Shown here: in pieces, positions 22,388 through 35,102 of the stretch
How positions within the stretch are numbered: position 1 is the stretch's first letter
Layout of the letters: each line of letters begins with the position of its first letter
DNA from: Octopus bimaculoides
Lineage: Eukaryota
Length of the DNA stretch: 48,060 nucleotides
Assembly: GCF_001194135.2 (NCBI RefSeq)
Contig: NC_068986.1
Coordinates: 10,049,134 to 10,097,193 of the forward strand
Direction: 5' to 3'
Position numbers and translations under genes: made by a program
Notes under the pieces: generated by a model
Seen by the model: only the letters and a program-made list of their open reading frames with translations
The model's database searches: none
What the model was told of the DNA's origin: nothing

Positions 22388-22582
22388 CAGTGGTTCCTAA
22401 CCTTCTCGTTACCAAGGACCCCTTTCATTTAAATGAGTTTTCCCACGGAGCCCTTTTGATATGCCTATCCTTTTGTGTTTGTGTGTGTATGTGTGTATGG
22501 AATTTTGAATTTAGTTCACGGACTGCCAGTGCTACCTTTGCGGACCACCAGGAGTCCGTGGACCACAGGATGGGAATCACTG
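22388..22582. mobile_element. hAT-Charlie-like MITE
   Basis: TIRs are CAGTGGTTCCTAACC and GGATGGGAATCACTG. The degenerate 8-bp TSD cactgggt/ctcttggt matches at 6 of 8 positions. Confidence 0.7.
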
Positions 22583-22814
22583 CTCTTGGTTCAAGTGACA
22601 TCAGTCATTTGATTCCCTCTTTTATCTCTCCGATATCGATAGCACAAATACCAGTCATATACTGGAAACCACTCAACTATCTTTGCACAGTGTTTTTTTT
22701 TAGCCCCCCCCTTTTTTTTTTACCTATTTTTGTTTGTTTCCTATTCTACTCTACTGGTTCCTTCTAGCCATTCGATGTTTTTAAAATCCTGTTATATTTT
22801 TACAATTAATATTA

Positions 22815-22988
22815 GGCGCAGGAGTGGCTGTGTGGTAAGTAGCTTGCTTACCAACCACATGGTTCCAGGTTCAGTCCCACTGCGTGGCACCTTGGGCAAG
22901 TGTCTTCTACTATAGCCTCGGGCCGACCAAAGCCTTGTGAGTGGATTTGGTAGACGAAAACTGAAAGAAGCCCGTCGTATATATATAT
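22815..22988 (+). mobile_element. Family A SINE 5' half, running into a gap
   Basis: ggcgcaggagtggctgtgtggtaag...ggttcagtcccactgcgtggcaccttgggcaagtgtcttc...gaagcccgtcg(TA)n. Confidence 0.9.
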
Positions 22989-23604
22989 NNNNNNNNNNNN
23001 NNNNNNNNNNNNNNNNNNNNNNNNNNNNNNNNNNNNNNNNNNNNNNNNNNNNNNNNNNNNNNNNNNNNNNNNNNNNNNNNNNNNNNNNNNNNNNNNNNNN
23101 NNNNNNNNNNNNNNNNNNNNNNNNNNNNNNNNNNNNNNNNNNNNNNNNNNNNNNNNNNNNNNNNNNNNNNNNNNNNNNNNNNNNNNNNNNNNNNNNNNNN
23201 NNNNNNNNNNNNNNNNNNNNNNNNNNNNNNNNNNNNNNNNNNNNNNNNNNNNNNNNNNNNNNNNNNNNNNNNNNNNNNNNNNNNNNNNNNNNNNNNNNNN
23301 NNNNNNNNNNNNNNNNNNNNNNNNNNNNNNNNNNNNNNNNNNNNNNNNNNNNNNNNNNNNNNNNNNNNNNNNNNNNNNNNNNNNNNNNNNNNNNNNNNNN
23401 NNNNNNNNNNNNNNNNNNNNNNNNNNNNNNNNNNNNNNNNNNNNNNNNNNNNNNNNNNNNNNNNNNNNNNNNNNNNNNNNNNNNNNNNNNNNNNNNNNNN
23501 NNNNNNNNNNNNNNNNNNNNNNNNNNNNNNNNNNNNNNNNNNNNNNNNNNNNNNNNNNNNNNNNNNNNNNNNNNNNNNNNNNNNNNNNNNNNNNNNNNNN
23601 NNNN

Positions 23605-23689
23605 TCATATGGATCTCCGAGGGTCATATGGATCTCCGAGGGTCGTATGGACCTCCGAGGGTCATATGGACCCTGCTTGAGAACCACTG
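23605..23689 (-). mobile_element. End of a hAT MITE with 19-bp subterminal tandem repeats
   Basis: Three copies of tcatatggatctccgaggg plus a partial copy, then ttgagaaccactg (reverse complement CAGTGGTTCTCAA). The unit matches gggtccatatga in the 39580 element. Confidence 0.75.
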
Positions 23690-24336
23690 TTTCAGCACTT
23701 TTCTTTTAATTTTATCATTGAGCCATTAACGAACGTGAAAGCGATGCCCTAAACTTAAAGATCGCCTATCTCCACCACCAGAAATCTGAAACGGTGGTTC
23801 CTTTTTACCAATATTGCTGGGCTTACTAGATCGTGGGTCATTGAATTTACTCGTGGATCTTTGGGGTTTGACGGGCAACATTTTTTTATGTAGTGTTTTT
23901 GGTACCGAAACACTTTCAAACTTCGTATACTTGTATATTTTGTGGCATAGAATAGATAAAAAATTTTGTATTCGAAGTTATTTCACGTTAAAAATGTTGC
24001 TCGTCAAACCCCCAAAGATCCTTACTCGTAATCACAAACTACAGTTGGACCACGTATTGATAAGGGAGGAAAAAGAAAAAGAAAAACCGATTTTATTTGT
24101 ACTCTTTTCTGTCCGCCATTTCCTCACTGTCGTTTTATTATTTTTGGTTCCAATATGAAGAAGCCGTCGTCGTCAGAGTGTCGTCTGACACCTCAACCAA
24201 GCGATAATATAAGAACAACAACTGCCAAGTCAATAATTAAAGGATGATTCAGCAATAGATAACTCTACTTAATAGCTGTTATCCGTCCGTCCGTCTGTAT
24301 TCACTTCAAATCTTACCTTGCTCAAATCTTAACTAC

Positions 24337-24960
24337 ATGGCTTTTCGCTTTCTTCTTTCTTTCTTTTTCTCCCCTATTCTCTCTGACTCTTTTTATCTAC
24401 TGTTCTCTCTCTCTCTCTCTCTCTTTCTTCTTTACTCTGTTTCTTCATCTCTTACACGCTTTCTCTTCCACCACCTAACTATTAGACTCTCACCCTCTCT
24501 CCATCTCCATCAGTTACGCTCTGTCACTCTCACCTTTTCTATATCCTTTCTGCCTCTCTCCCCCTCAACCCACTCCCTTTTGTTTCTTCATATATGTTCC
24601 TGTCATTATCTTTTACTCCGTGATTATTTCTCATCCCTCCATCCCTCCCTCCCTCCCTCTCTTATTTGTCTTTCTATCTGCCTTCTCTCTGCTGTTCTCC
24701 CACTCTCTTTCCTCCTCCTCCCTCTAGCTTTTAACTCTATTAATCGTACCTCGTATCTCTTACTCTTTCTCCTCCTCTCTACCTCCCCTCAAATTCCAGT
24801 CGCTTTCTCCCAAGTAACTCTTTAACTTCCCCTCTCTCCCTCTCACTTCTTTTTCGCCTCTCTCTCTCACCATCATATATTTCCTCCCTCTCCCTCTTTC
24901 CTTTTATATCTCTCACTTTCACTCTCTACTTCTCTTACTCCTTTTGTTTTTGCTACCCCC
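24337..24960 (+). repeat. Pyrimidine-rich (CT) low-complexity tract; a similar tract lies at 17220-17770
   Basis: Composition; gives rise to spurious Leu/Ser/Phe-rich ORFs. Confidence 0.85.
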
Positions 24961-25039
24961 GCTTTCACTCAAGTCTATACATGTCCTCCTCCCGATGTTC
25001 CATCCATCCACTTTTTATCTTTTGAACTTATCTCTACCT

Positions 25040-25372
25040 AGACTGTGGCCACGCTGGGGCAACTCATTGAATGGTTAAGTCGAACAGACCGATCCCAACA
25101 ATCACTCTCTAAGTCTGATGTTTATTCTGCTTGTCTCTATCGCTGAACCGCTAGTTACAGGGATGTAAACAAACCGACTCCGGTTGTCAAGCTGTGATGG
25201 GGTACAGACACGGCAGGCTTCTTACAGTTTCCATCTACCAAATCCATTCACAAGGCTTTAGCTGACCCTGGGCTATAATAGAAAACAAGAAGGCATTTGA
25301 CCAAGGTGGCACGCAGCGGGACTGAACCCGGAACCATGTGCTTGGGAAGCACATTTTTGATCACACAACGAC
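25040..25372 (-). mobile_element. Family A SINE, near full length
   Basis: Reverse complement of the family A tail through to the head (ccaaggtggcacgcagcgggactgaacccggaaccatgtg). Confidence 0.8.
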
Positions 25373-25391
25373 GCCACACACACACACAAAT

Positions 25392-25505
25392 AATCTTTTC
25401 TACTCTAGGCACAAGGCCCGAAGTTTTGGTGGAGAGGGCCAGTCAATTAGATCGATTAGTACCAGTATGCAAAAGGATGAAAGGCTAAGTCGACCTCGGC
25501 GGACA
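25392..25505 (-). mobile_element. Family B SINE fragment
   Basis: ttttctactctaggcacaaggccc...ccagtcaattagatcga...aaaggatgaaaggctaagtcgacctcggcgga. Confidence 0.8.
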
Positions 25506-25723
25506 CAAATTAATAATGAGAACAGATTTATATATCCAGTTTTATTCTGTTGTCAATCACATATTTACATACATGCATGTGTGTGGCCTGCGTGTTTTCT
25601 GTACTCTGGTTATTATTATTTTCTTGTCTACGTTTTGTTTGCAATGTCCTGTACCCAGATATGCACCTATATATACAGGTAGACGTAGGTATGCACATAC
25701 CTGTACGTATATATGCATATACT

Positions 25724-25761
<38 letters not shown>

Positions 25762-26947
25762 TCGTCTCTCAAATGAATACGTACACACTCGTAAACGCAT
25801 ACATACATACATATATACACACACTGTTTATTTTGTTTGACTCAATTTTACAAGACTAATTTTCTTAAACTTTATTAATAACGTAAATAGTTCTGGCCAG
25901 ACTGGAGCAGATCAACTACAGCGTTAAAAAACAAAATCTTTTTTATTTTTTCCTCATCGTTAAGCCTGCCACCCACCTCAAGCCGTGGTGTAGTAATGGT
26001 CGTCCTCAGATCGACCGACGACGATTCATGTGACTCTATCGAAATATGATAACCTTGAAAACCGTTTGTCTGTTACATCATGCAGAAACGGAAAAGAGGG
26101 CATTCGCCATGCGCGGGCGGGACATGAAATATATATATGTGTGTGTGTATATATATGTGTGTGTATATATATATGTGTATGTGTGTGTGTGTATATATAT
26201 GTGTGTGTGTGTATATATATATATATGTGTGTATATATATATGTGTGTGTGTATATATGTGTGTATATATATATATATGTGTGTGTGTGTGTATATATAT
26301 GTGTGTAAAGTGTGTGTGTGTGTATATGTATGTATGAGGTTTTTGCGTAGTTTTGATGATGTGTGTGCGTGTGTATGTCTGGTGATGCAAACAGGATAAT
26401 TGAACTCAGAACAAAGGTGTATATACATATATACAGCCATAAAGCGAAGACGACTAATTTCTTAATAATAAACAATTAACTTCCTTATCTTCATTTTTTT
26501 AAAAATATATATATATATGTTTGTGTGTGTGTGTGTGTGTGTGTGTTTGTTGTTAAAATGAAAAATAAAAGTTTTACATGAATCTGATGAGTTATTTTAT
26601 ACTTTTGTAGAGTCCAAATTTATTATTCTTAAATAAAAATATTATAGAAAGTGACTTCGAAGTCTCGGCCAGTTACGCCATTTGCAGAGTGCGATGCATT
26701 GAAATCAATCTTAGCATTATATCACTTACAAAACTCTACATAAATGAATAAATTCTAAACAATAACATTTAATAAAAAATTCTTCGAAACCCTTCTTCAT
26801 AACAACAGACCCTAAAAACCTAATTTACCACACCACTGGAACCCACTAAGGAAGATTCTAACCCAACGGAAATTATATAGAGCCAAAATTAACTTCAATA
26901 CATCGGAATCCGATGATGGTTTAGTTGGCCGGAACTACAAAGTCTTG

Positions 26948-26987
<40 letters not shown>

Positions 26988-27319
26988 CGCAGGCGTGGCT
27001 CTGTATTTNNNNNNNNNNNNNNNNTCAGAAAAATACTCTATCACGTGACCTTATTAGGGCCCACGGTTGGTCAGTTTGCGTTCTGGCGGGAACGGTACGA
27101 AGCAGTAGTTGCCGCTTCAAATAATAATCAATCACGTGATGACAAGGAAAGATGTTTTCTACTACGCCCGCGCTTGTTTATATATAATAGTGAGAAGATA
27201 GTTTGTATATAATGGCGATAGGCAGGTGCTTTCATACCGATGGGCTTGGTAAAAATTATTAATTATTAATTGATTTATTAATTAATAAATTGATAATCCT
27301 TTACCCTTTTAATTTGTAA

Positions 27320-27354
<35 letters not shown>

Positions 27355-27356
<2 letters not shown>

Positions 27357-27770
27357 CGCAGGCGTGGCTCTGTATTTAGTTTACTCCCCAACCACATGAT
27401 TCTAGGTTCAGTCCCACTGCATAGCACCTTGGGCAAGTGTCTTCTACTCTTCCTTGGGCCGACCAAAGCCTTGTGAGTAGATTTGGTAGATGGAAACTGA
27501 GAGAAGCCCGTCGTACAGACGCACACACGTATATGTGTGTGTGTCTGTGTTTGCATCTGTTTGTCCCCCATTACACTGCTTGACAGCTGGTGTTGGTTTG
27601 TTTTCTTCCTCGTTATCTAGCATTTCAGCAAAAGAGACCGATCGAATAAATACCAGGCTTTAAAAAATAAGTACCAGGGTCGATTCGTTCAACTAAAATT
27701 CTCCAAGGTGGTGCCCCAGCATGGCTGCAGTCTAATGACTGAAACAAGTAAAAGAGGAAAGACAAAAGAT
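27355..27770 (+). mobile_element. Family A SINE, full length
   Basis: The head ggcgcaggcgtggct, the CORE-like segment, an internal microsatellite and the tail ccccagcatggctgcagtctaatgactgaaacaagtaaaag are all present. Confidence 0.9.
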
Positions 27771-28578
27771 GTGTCTATATTATCTGCAATATATATTTTT
27801 CCATTGACCTTTCGACTATAATGGACCTCATGACACCCTCTCCCTTTCTGTCACTCATTCACTCTCTTATATGTGTGCGTGTGTGCGTTTCTGTCGTGTC
27901 TTGAGTACACATATCACATCATCTGGCTTGCAGATGTCTATACACGGGTTATAGTGGTGGTGGTGGTAGTAGCTGTGGTAGGTGATGATGATTGGCAGTC
28001 CTCCTCCTCCTCCTCCACTTGCAACAATGCACTGCCATTTCCGGCTTGTCATCATGGTGCACTTTTCCTACTATGATAATAATAATAAGGATTATTATTA
28101 TTTCTTTTATTTGCCAGAAGGGAGACTGGTGAAGGGATAATTCAAAGATGGACATAAAGTGTGGAGATATACACAGTGGCATGATTAGAAAGAAAAGAAA
28201 TTAAAGAAAACAATTGTGCGTAGTATACAATATTAACAAAAGAAAAGCAGCATAAGGGGCCGACATCAGTTTAGAAAATAAAAGGAAGACAGTGATGCAG
28301 TCTTCCTGATAGGATCTCGGGGGCTAATCGAAGAACTCCACCATCCAAGATCTTCCTGAACACCAAGGGCAAATGCCCTCCCCAATGTCTGTTCTCCGAC
28401 TCACAGGTTTATACTCAGAGCGGGACTATCCACTCGTGCCATATTTGCTGTTTTTGCTCACCTTTCAATAATTCAGCGCTTCTCAAACTAACTGATGTGG
28501 TGTACCGACAGTTTTTTTTTCTCCAATGTGCCAGGGTCCAGTAATATTTCTTAGTAATATTAAATTATACTGTAAACA

Positions 28579-28614
<36 letters not shown>

Positions 28615-28639
28615 AAAGTTGACAATTTCTTTTTTATCT

Positions 28640-29050
28640 TATATTTATTTTGTAAACAAATAATACAATATTACATAAGCGCTTTATAATGTTTCTTTCT
28701 TTTCTGGAAACTCGTCGCATACCGGCAGCTGATGGCTTGTGGACCACCACTTTGAGGAGCATTGAAGTATAGTACTTCCCTTTCCACCTTTTTCAAGCGG
28801 AACTTGAAAATGTCGATGAGGGCTCTACTAAATACCACTTATTCTCCGTGGCCAACCTTAATATAAAGTTCAGTAAAACCTCCAGTCTGTCTTTTGTGCT
28901 TTTCAAAAACTATTGGCGTGCTTTGCTTTCGAGTGTCTTAGTTAAGAGGTCTTCAGGGAACAGAATGGATACTTCATCATCGCCATGTATCTTCTTCGAG
29001 ATAAACATGACAACTTATCAGATCTTAGAAACAATTCAATGGTTTATTTG
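28640..29050 (-). mobile_element. Decayed L1/Tx1-type LINE 3' fragment
   Basis: Minus-strand frames give ...EVLLNFILRLA...W and LIDIFKFRLKKVERE...KWW, resembling Tx1 ORF2 C-termini (LLNFxxGxAKxAIW). Stops and frameshifts are present, followed by an A-rich 3' end. Confidence 0.45.
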
Positions 29051-29870
29051 AATATATGTAATGTTTGACTATATCAGAAATCTCTAAATTAAAGATTTTA
29101 ATCCTGGTTGCTGGCAAATGGCATTACAATTGTTTTTGTAAACTGACCATATTATTTATTCCATATCGCATACAATGCTATGCAATCCATACATTATGTA
29201 ATCCTGCGCGTCAAGATCTTGTGTGATGTGCTAATTGACAGCCAAGAATTATAATTTCCCCTCAATTTTATGATGTCGGCGCAATATAGCAGAATGGTTA
29301 AGAGATTTGCTTCGTAACGTCGCGGTTCCAGATTCGATCTTATCGTATGACATCTTGAGCCGATGTCAATTTTGGGTCGTTCTATATCTTGAGATTGAAA
29401 TTTTGGGACGATCTATATCTTGAGATGGAAACTGAATGGAAGCCCATCGAATGGATTATATCTGTAACTCAAAAGGCACAACCTTGTCGCCCTGTTTCTG
29501 CCCGAGAATTACGTTAACAGTACATGCATCTGTGGAGTACTCGGCTACTAAGAGGATAATTCAGGAGGAGGTAATTTAGTGGACTGAACAACTGAATGCT
29601 CATTGTCGAACGACAAATGGAGTTTCGAAGCCAGGTGACCCCCCCCCCCACACGTCACTTTCTCATTAGTGACATAAACTTGGGCAAATTGATTTCAAAA
29701 ATTTTCTGCTGTTGTCAGTCTCTCGATTTATGTTTTACTCCATATTCAAACGTATCGAGTCCTTCATTTTGTGTGAATGATGGTTTTAATTCCGTCAAGA
29801 TAATCACATCTATTCCCTTTTCTCCCTACACACACAATCAAATGAATAACAACAAACAACAAACGAAGGA

Positions 29871-29927
<57 letters not shown>

Positions 29928-30333
29928 GTGCGTGCGTGTGTTTGTCCACCTAACATNNNNNNNNNNNNNNNNNNNNNNNNNNNNNNNNNNNNNNNNNNNN
30001 NNNNNNNNNNNNNNNNNNNNNNNNNNNNNNNNNNNNNNNNNNNNNNNNNNNNNNNNNNNNNNNNNNNNNNNNNNNNNNNNNNNNNNNNNNNNNNNNNNNN
30101 NNNNNNNNNNNNNNNNNNNNNNNNNNNNNNNNNNNNNNNNNNNNNNNNNNNNNNNNNNNNNNNNNNNNNNNNNNNNNNNNNNNNNNNNNNNNNNNNNNNN
30201 NNNNNNNNNNNNNNNNNNNNNNNNNNNNNNNNNNNNNNNNNNNNNNNNNNNNNNNNNNNNNNNNNNNNNNNNNNNNNNNNNNNNNNNNNNNNNNNNNNNN
30301 NNNNNNNNNNNNNNNNNNNNNNNNNNNNNNNNN

Positions 30334-30344
30334 GAAGCCCGTCG

Positions 30345-30391
<47 letters not shown>

Positions 30392-30590
30392 GTGCGTGCG
30401 TGTGTTTGTCCACCTAACATCACTTGACAATCGATGCTGGTGTGTTTATGTCCCCGTGACTTAGCGGGTCAGTAAAAGACACCGATAGAATAAGTACTAG
30501 GCTTACAAAAAATAAGTCCTGGGGTCGATTTGCTCGACTAAAAGGTGGTGCTCCAGCATGGCCACAGTCAAATGACTGAAACAAATAAAA

Positions 30591-30595
<5 letters not shown>
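30334..30595 (+). mobile_element. Family A SINE, 3' half
   Basis: gaagcccgtcg(TA)n(TG)n...gatagaataagtactagg...ggtgctccagcatggccacagtcaaatgactgaaac. Confidence 0.85.
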
Positions 30596-30635
<40 letters not shown>

Positions 30636-30999
30636 CAGAGAGATAGAGAGTATTATTTATGACGGTATGTAGTGCCAACGTATATAGACTTTGTCTCGGT
30701 TTGTCTGGTCTCTCTAATGGCTTATTTGCAACAAGCCGGTTTGTCTGTATCAATGTTAATGAATGGCAAAGGAAGTGATTGAGAATGACGCAAGCACAGC
30801 TGTTAGTTTCCAGGAGACATCTTAAACCAGGGCTGCGTTTCCGTGGATTAAATATGAACAAACATCGATCCACAAACCATGTCTGTCTGTATGTCTAGTT
30901 AGGTCTGGGTATATGTGTCTACATACAGACTCACAAATATTGTACAGCCATGTGTGTGTGTAATGTCTGTCTGTCTGTCTGTCTGTCTGTAATATTATT

Positions 31000-31194
31000 T
31001 CAGTTATTGGACTGCGGCCACCCTGGGGCACCATCTTCAATTTCTAGTCGAATGAATCGACCCTAGTATTTTTTTTTATTAAGCCTAGTACATATTCTGT
31101 TAATCACTTTTGCTGAACCGCTAAGTTATGGGAAACACCAACATCGATTGTCAGGCAGTGACAGGACACACACACACACCACCACTACCACCAC

Positions 31195-31225
<31 letters not shown>

Positions 31226-31365
31226 TACGACGAGCTTCTTTCAGTTTCCGTCTACCAACTTCACTCCTGAGGCTATAGCATAAAGCACTTGCCCAAAGTA
31301 CCACGCGACGGGAATGAAATCAGAACCATATGGTTGGGAAGCAAGCTTCTCATCACACAACCATA
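31000..31365 (-). mobile_element. Family A SINE, inverted relative to the copy at 30334
   Basis: tttcagttattggactgcggcc...gctgaaccgctaagtta...cttctttcagtttccgtctacc...cacttgcccaaag...gaaccatatggttgggaagcaagc. Confidence 0.8.
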
Positions 31366-32522
31366 CCTATAAAAGAACGACAAGAACTGTAATAAAGCTG
31401 AAGTGAAGAACGAATATATACAGTGCGTGTGTTTATTTGGCAAAAAAAAAATGAAAAAAAAATGACCGTCCCGAAGTATAAAAAATACTGGGAATGTTTG
31501 AACATCGATCACTGCTGGAGAAAGAGATTTTTATCTGCTACTACTTCTCTCTCTCTTTCTCTGCATTCCCGAGATGCATTGTAATATTTATTCTCTACGT
31601 GAGGGCCACGCCTAACAACACCTTGTATATTGGTTCAACGGTAAACAGCCGTGTGTGTGTGTGTGTGTGTGGGAGGGGAGCGTGCACTCCCCCAGTGACG
31701 GTATTTCCACTTTAGGCTAACCCCCTACACACACACACATGCAGGTTTTTTTTATTCAGCGTGTTAACCTCGTTTTTGATAAATTAAGAAAAATTTAAGG
31801 AAAAAAAAAGAAAAAAAACAATTCGTGGAATTTTGTCAACTTAACTGACGTGATTCATAGCGATATGTATATCATTGTAGCCCTTGTTTTTGAAGTTTAG
31901 GTCAGCCTTGATCAAGCTAACCAAGGATAAAAGGGCGTCCCATCCGTGACCCTCAAATCTATTCAGATACAAAGCATCTCGGATGACATTGACTTAATAT
32001 CGTCTTGTAAGTGGGTAGGGTTTTATATTTGGTGGTGGTGGTGGTGAGATTAGGTTGATATTTTTAGCAGGTAGACTGGCCACGTAGAAGCATCGTTACC
32101 TGGTTGCAGTGAGTGGTAATAGCAGCAGGAGTCGTAGTAGCAGCAGTTAGTCGAAGACGCTGTGACAGGACTGTGTGTTGGTGTGTGTGTGTGTAATATA
32201 AGTTAGCACTTCACTCTCGATAGAAGCATACAAACGTGTGTGTGTGTGTGTGTAACCGTTTGTCAATTCTTTTGGGATAGGTTGAAGGTAACAAACATCA
32301 AATTTGATTTAGTACAGAACGATTCACCTCACACGCACGCACGCACGCACGCACGCGCGCGTGTGTGTATGCATGTATGTATGTATATATATATATGTAT
32401 ATATATGTGTGTATATATATATNNNNNNNNNNNNNNNNNNNNNNNNNNNNNNNNNNNNNNNNNNNNNNNNNNNNNNNNNNNNNNNNNNNNNNNNNNNNNN
32501 NNNNNNNNNNNNNNNNNNNNNN

Positions 32523-32822
32523 AGTGGCTGAGCACTCCACAGACACGTGTACCCTTAACGTAGTTCTCGGAATATTCAGCGTGACACAGTGTGACAAGGC
32601 TGACCTTTTGGATTACAGGCACAACAGAAACAGGAAATAAGAGTGAGAGAAAGTTGTGGTGAAAGAGTAGAGCAGGGTTCACCACAATCTCCTGCCGGAG
32701 CCTCGTAGAGCTTTAGGTGTTTCCGCTCAATAAACACTCACAACGCCCGGTTTGGGAATCGAAACCGCGATCCCACACACGTGAGTCCGCTGCCCTAACC
32801 ACTGGGCCATTGTGCCTCCACT
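32523..32822 (-). mobile_element. Family C SINE with the same middle module as 3142-3526
   Basis: gagtgagagaaagttgtggtgaaag...cgctcaataaacactcac...ggaatcgaaaccgcgatcc...ctaaccactgggccattg. Confidence 0.85.
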
Positions 32823-33156
32823 CGCTACTACATATGCGCACACATACAGGCATACGCGCGCAATTATATATATATATATNNNNNNNNNNNNNNNNNNNNN
32901 NNNNNNNNNNNNNNNNNNNNNNNNNNNNNNNNNNNNNNNNNNNNNNNNNNNNNNNNNNNNNNNNNNNNNNNNNNNNNNNNNNNNNNNNNNNNNNNNNNNN
33001 NNNNNNNNNNNNNNNNNNNNNNNNNNNNNNNNNNNNNNNNNNNNNNNNNNNNNNNNNNNNNNNNNNNNNNNNNNNNNNNNNNNNNNNNNNNNNNNNNNNN
33101 NNNNNNNNNNNNNNNNNNNNNNNNNNNNNNNNNNNNNNNNNNNNNNNNNNNNNNNN

Positions 33157-33199
<43 letters not shown>

Positions 33200-33402
33200 T
33201 ATAAGTTTTGTCCAATTTCCTGTTGTCCACCAGGACGTTGTTATATAAACAAGAGAACAGGACTTGCTGCAGGTTGTAATATGATCCCTTGTTTGATGTT
33301 GTCTTACCGTAATTAGCTTTAGTTTGATGTATTCCGTTGGATTTAATGTGATTTAGTTTTAATTTCTTCCTGTTTTTTTTTTCTTTTTTCTTCTCATTTT
33401 AG

Positions 33403-33447
33403 ATTTCAATCGGAAAAAAAGTCCTGATGCATCCACACAAGATCAAA
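33403..33447 (+). CDS. ZFPM/ush-like: Putative next coding exon (45 nt, phase 1-1) of the same gene: (G)AT TTC AAT CGG AAA AAA AGT CCT GAT GCA TCC ACA CAA GAT CAA A = DFNRKKSPDASTQDQ
   Basis: About 40 nt of polypyrimidine tract ends in ttttAG (33401-33402), and a perfect GTAAGT donor starts at 33448. The exon is open in exactly the frame required by the phase-1 donor at 14284. No homology support is visible from the sequence alone. Confidence 0.7.
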
Positions 33448-33957
33448 GTAAGTACATTATATTCTATGCCGTGTTTTGGTTGGCTCCTCCCCTCAGTAAA
33501 TGCCTTGTCGCCATTTTGGATAATTTGTTTCGTTTCTGTTTTTCTCTGAGACGATAAACTCTTAAACCCTCCAGCTTATTCAATCGCAACTAAACAAACA
33601 TTAAACTTGGATTGTCTTACGTTTCTCTTTACCCTCGCTCCTTCTTTAATGCCCCACCCTATATTTCTAAAACAAAAATTGTGAAAAAAATTAATAAAAT
33701 GGTAATTTCGCTTGGAAAAAAGAAATTTGCTATTGATTTTTAAATATTTTTACAAATTTTAAAATGCAGTCAGGCTTAAAAAAAGAACAACCATTAAAAT
33801 ATTGCTATTTCATTGTAGTTATTGACAATATTCTAATAGCCCATTTGCCAAATTACATTGTTAATGTTGCTATTACATTGATAATAAAAGACAGAAGGTA
33901 CCTAAAATGGTTAGGAATTAACCCTTTGACAAAAAATTTTTCAAAGTTGGTATGGCT

Positions 33958-33994
<37 letters not shown>

Positions 33995-35102
33995 TTGTAA
34001 GTTAAGTTCATTCAGGGAGAAGGGTATCGGAAGTGCCTTTTATATTTGCAAACTCTCCCAGACTGGTGAGATTAATGCGGCTGATGCCAAGCCTGAACGC
34101 TTATGGTTCAAGTCAATGGTTACGGGCAAAACGTGGGCTGGGAGTGAACTCGCGTTAAATACACTCATACACTAGATGTGGTTGTTTGCTTCAACCTGCA
34201 TTGAATTGATCTAAAGGCATTCGGTCGACCCATCCATAACCATCATGCCTTTATTGTACTCTTGTCTTTATATAACAAGACAGTGTACGAATTTGAAGAA
34301 GATTTCGCTGCTATTTTTAGCGGCGATCTTATAATGCTCGCCGCTCGTTACTTTGGTGATGCTAAAGAACCAGTTTTGAATAATAAACCTATAAATATGG
34401 CTTATAGTACATAATGGCTATAAAACGAAACACTTAGCAATCATTATATCTGTCCTTCGGGAGACTCTAAGCTATACAAAACTTCCACAATTCCAAATTA
34501 AACGAGAAAAAAATAAAGAAAATGACCTATGTCATTATCCGTTGTGCTACTCTGTCAGCCTCTGAAAAAACTCGACTAATATTGCTATTCGACCATAACT
34601 GGTTTTCTTTGCCCACAAATTACACTCTGTAATTATATATCCTTGAGAAAAGCGAATTGCTTTTAAGCTTGGCCTTTCTACGCAGTGTTGTTTCTTCTCT
34701 CTACTCAGGTTTGTCTTCTAATAGAGATATTTTAAATGTTGGGCGAGACTGTTATGTAAAACAGACTCGTAAATATATATTGATATATTTATATATATAT
34801 ATATAGATATAGATATATATAGGTCAACAACCGGTGAGACAGTTACACCCAACTGCGGTGTTATATCGAATAGCTTCAGGATGGAAATATTTATAAACAT
34901 CTTATCGATATGTTCTGCTGAGTTGCTTTGATTGTATTTAAGCAGATGTAGCCATCTGCTTTATTTTTTTAAGACTGCAGTCTTTTCCTTCAGTTTCTCT
35001 CTCTTTCTCTCTTTCTCTCTCTCTCTCCTTCTCACCAAACTTAGTAATTATTTATGCAATAGCTCGCATTTTATCAACGATTTCCGTGTATAATAATTAT
35101 GG

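Noticed and set aside
23605-23673. CRISPR-like repeat array
   Set aside because: The units are directly adjacent with no spacers, the DNA is eukaryotic, and a hAT subterminal repeat explains them.
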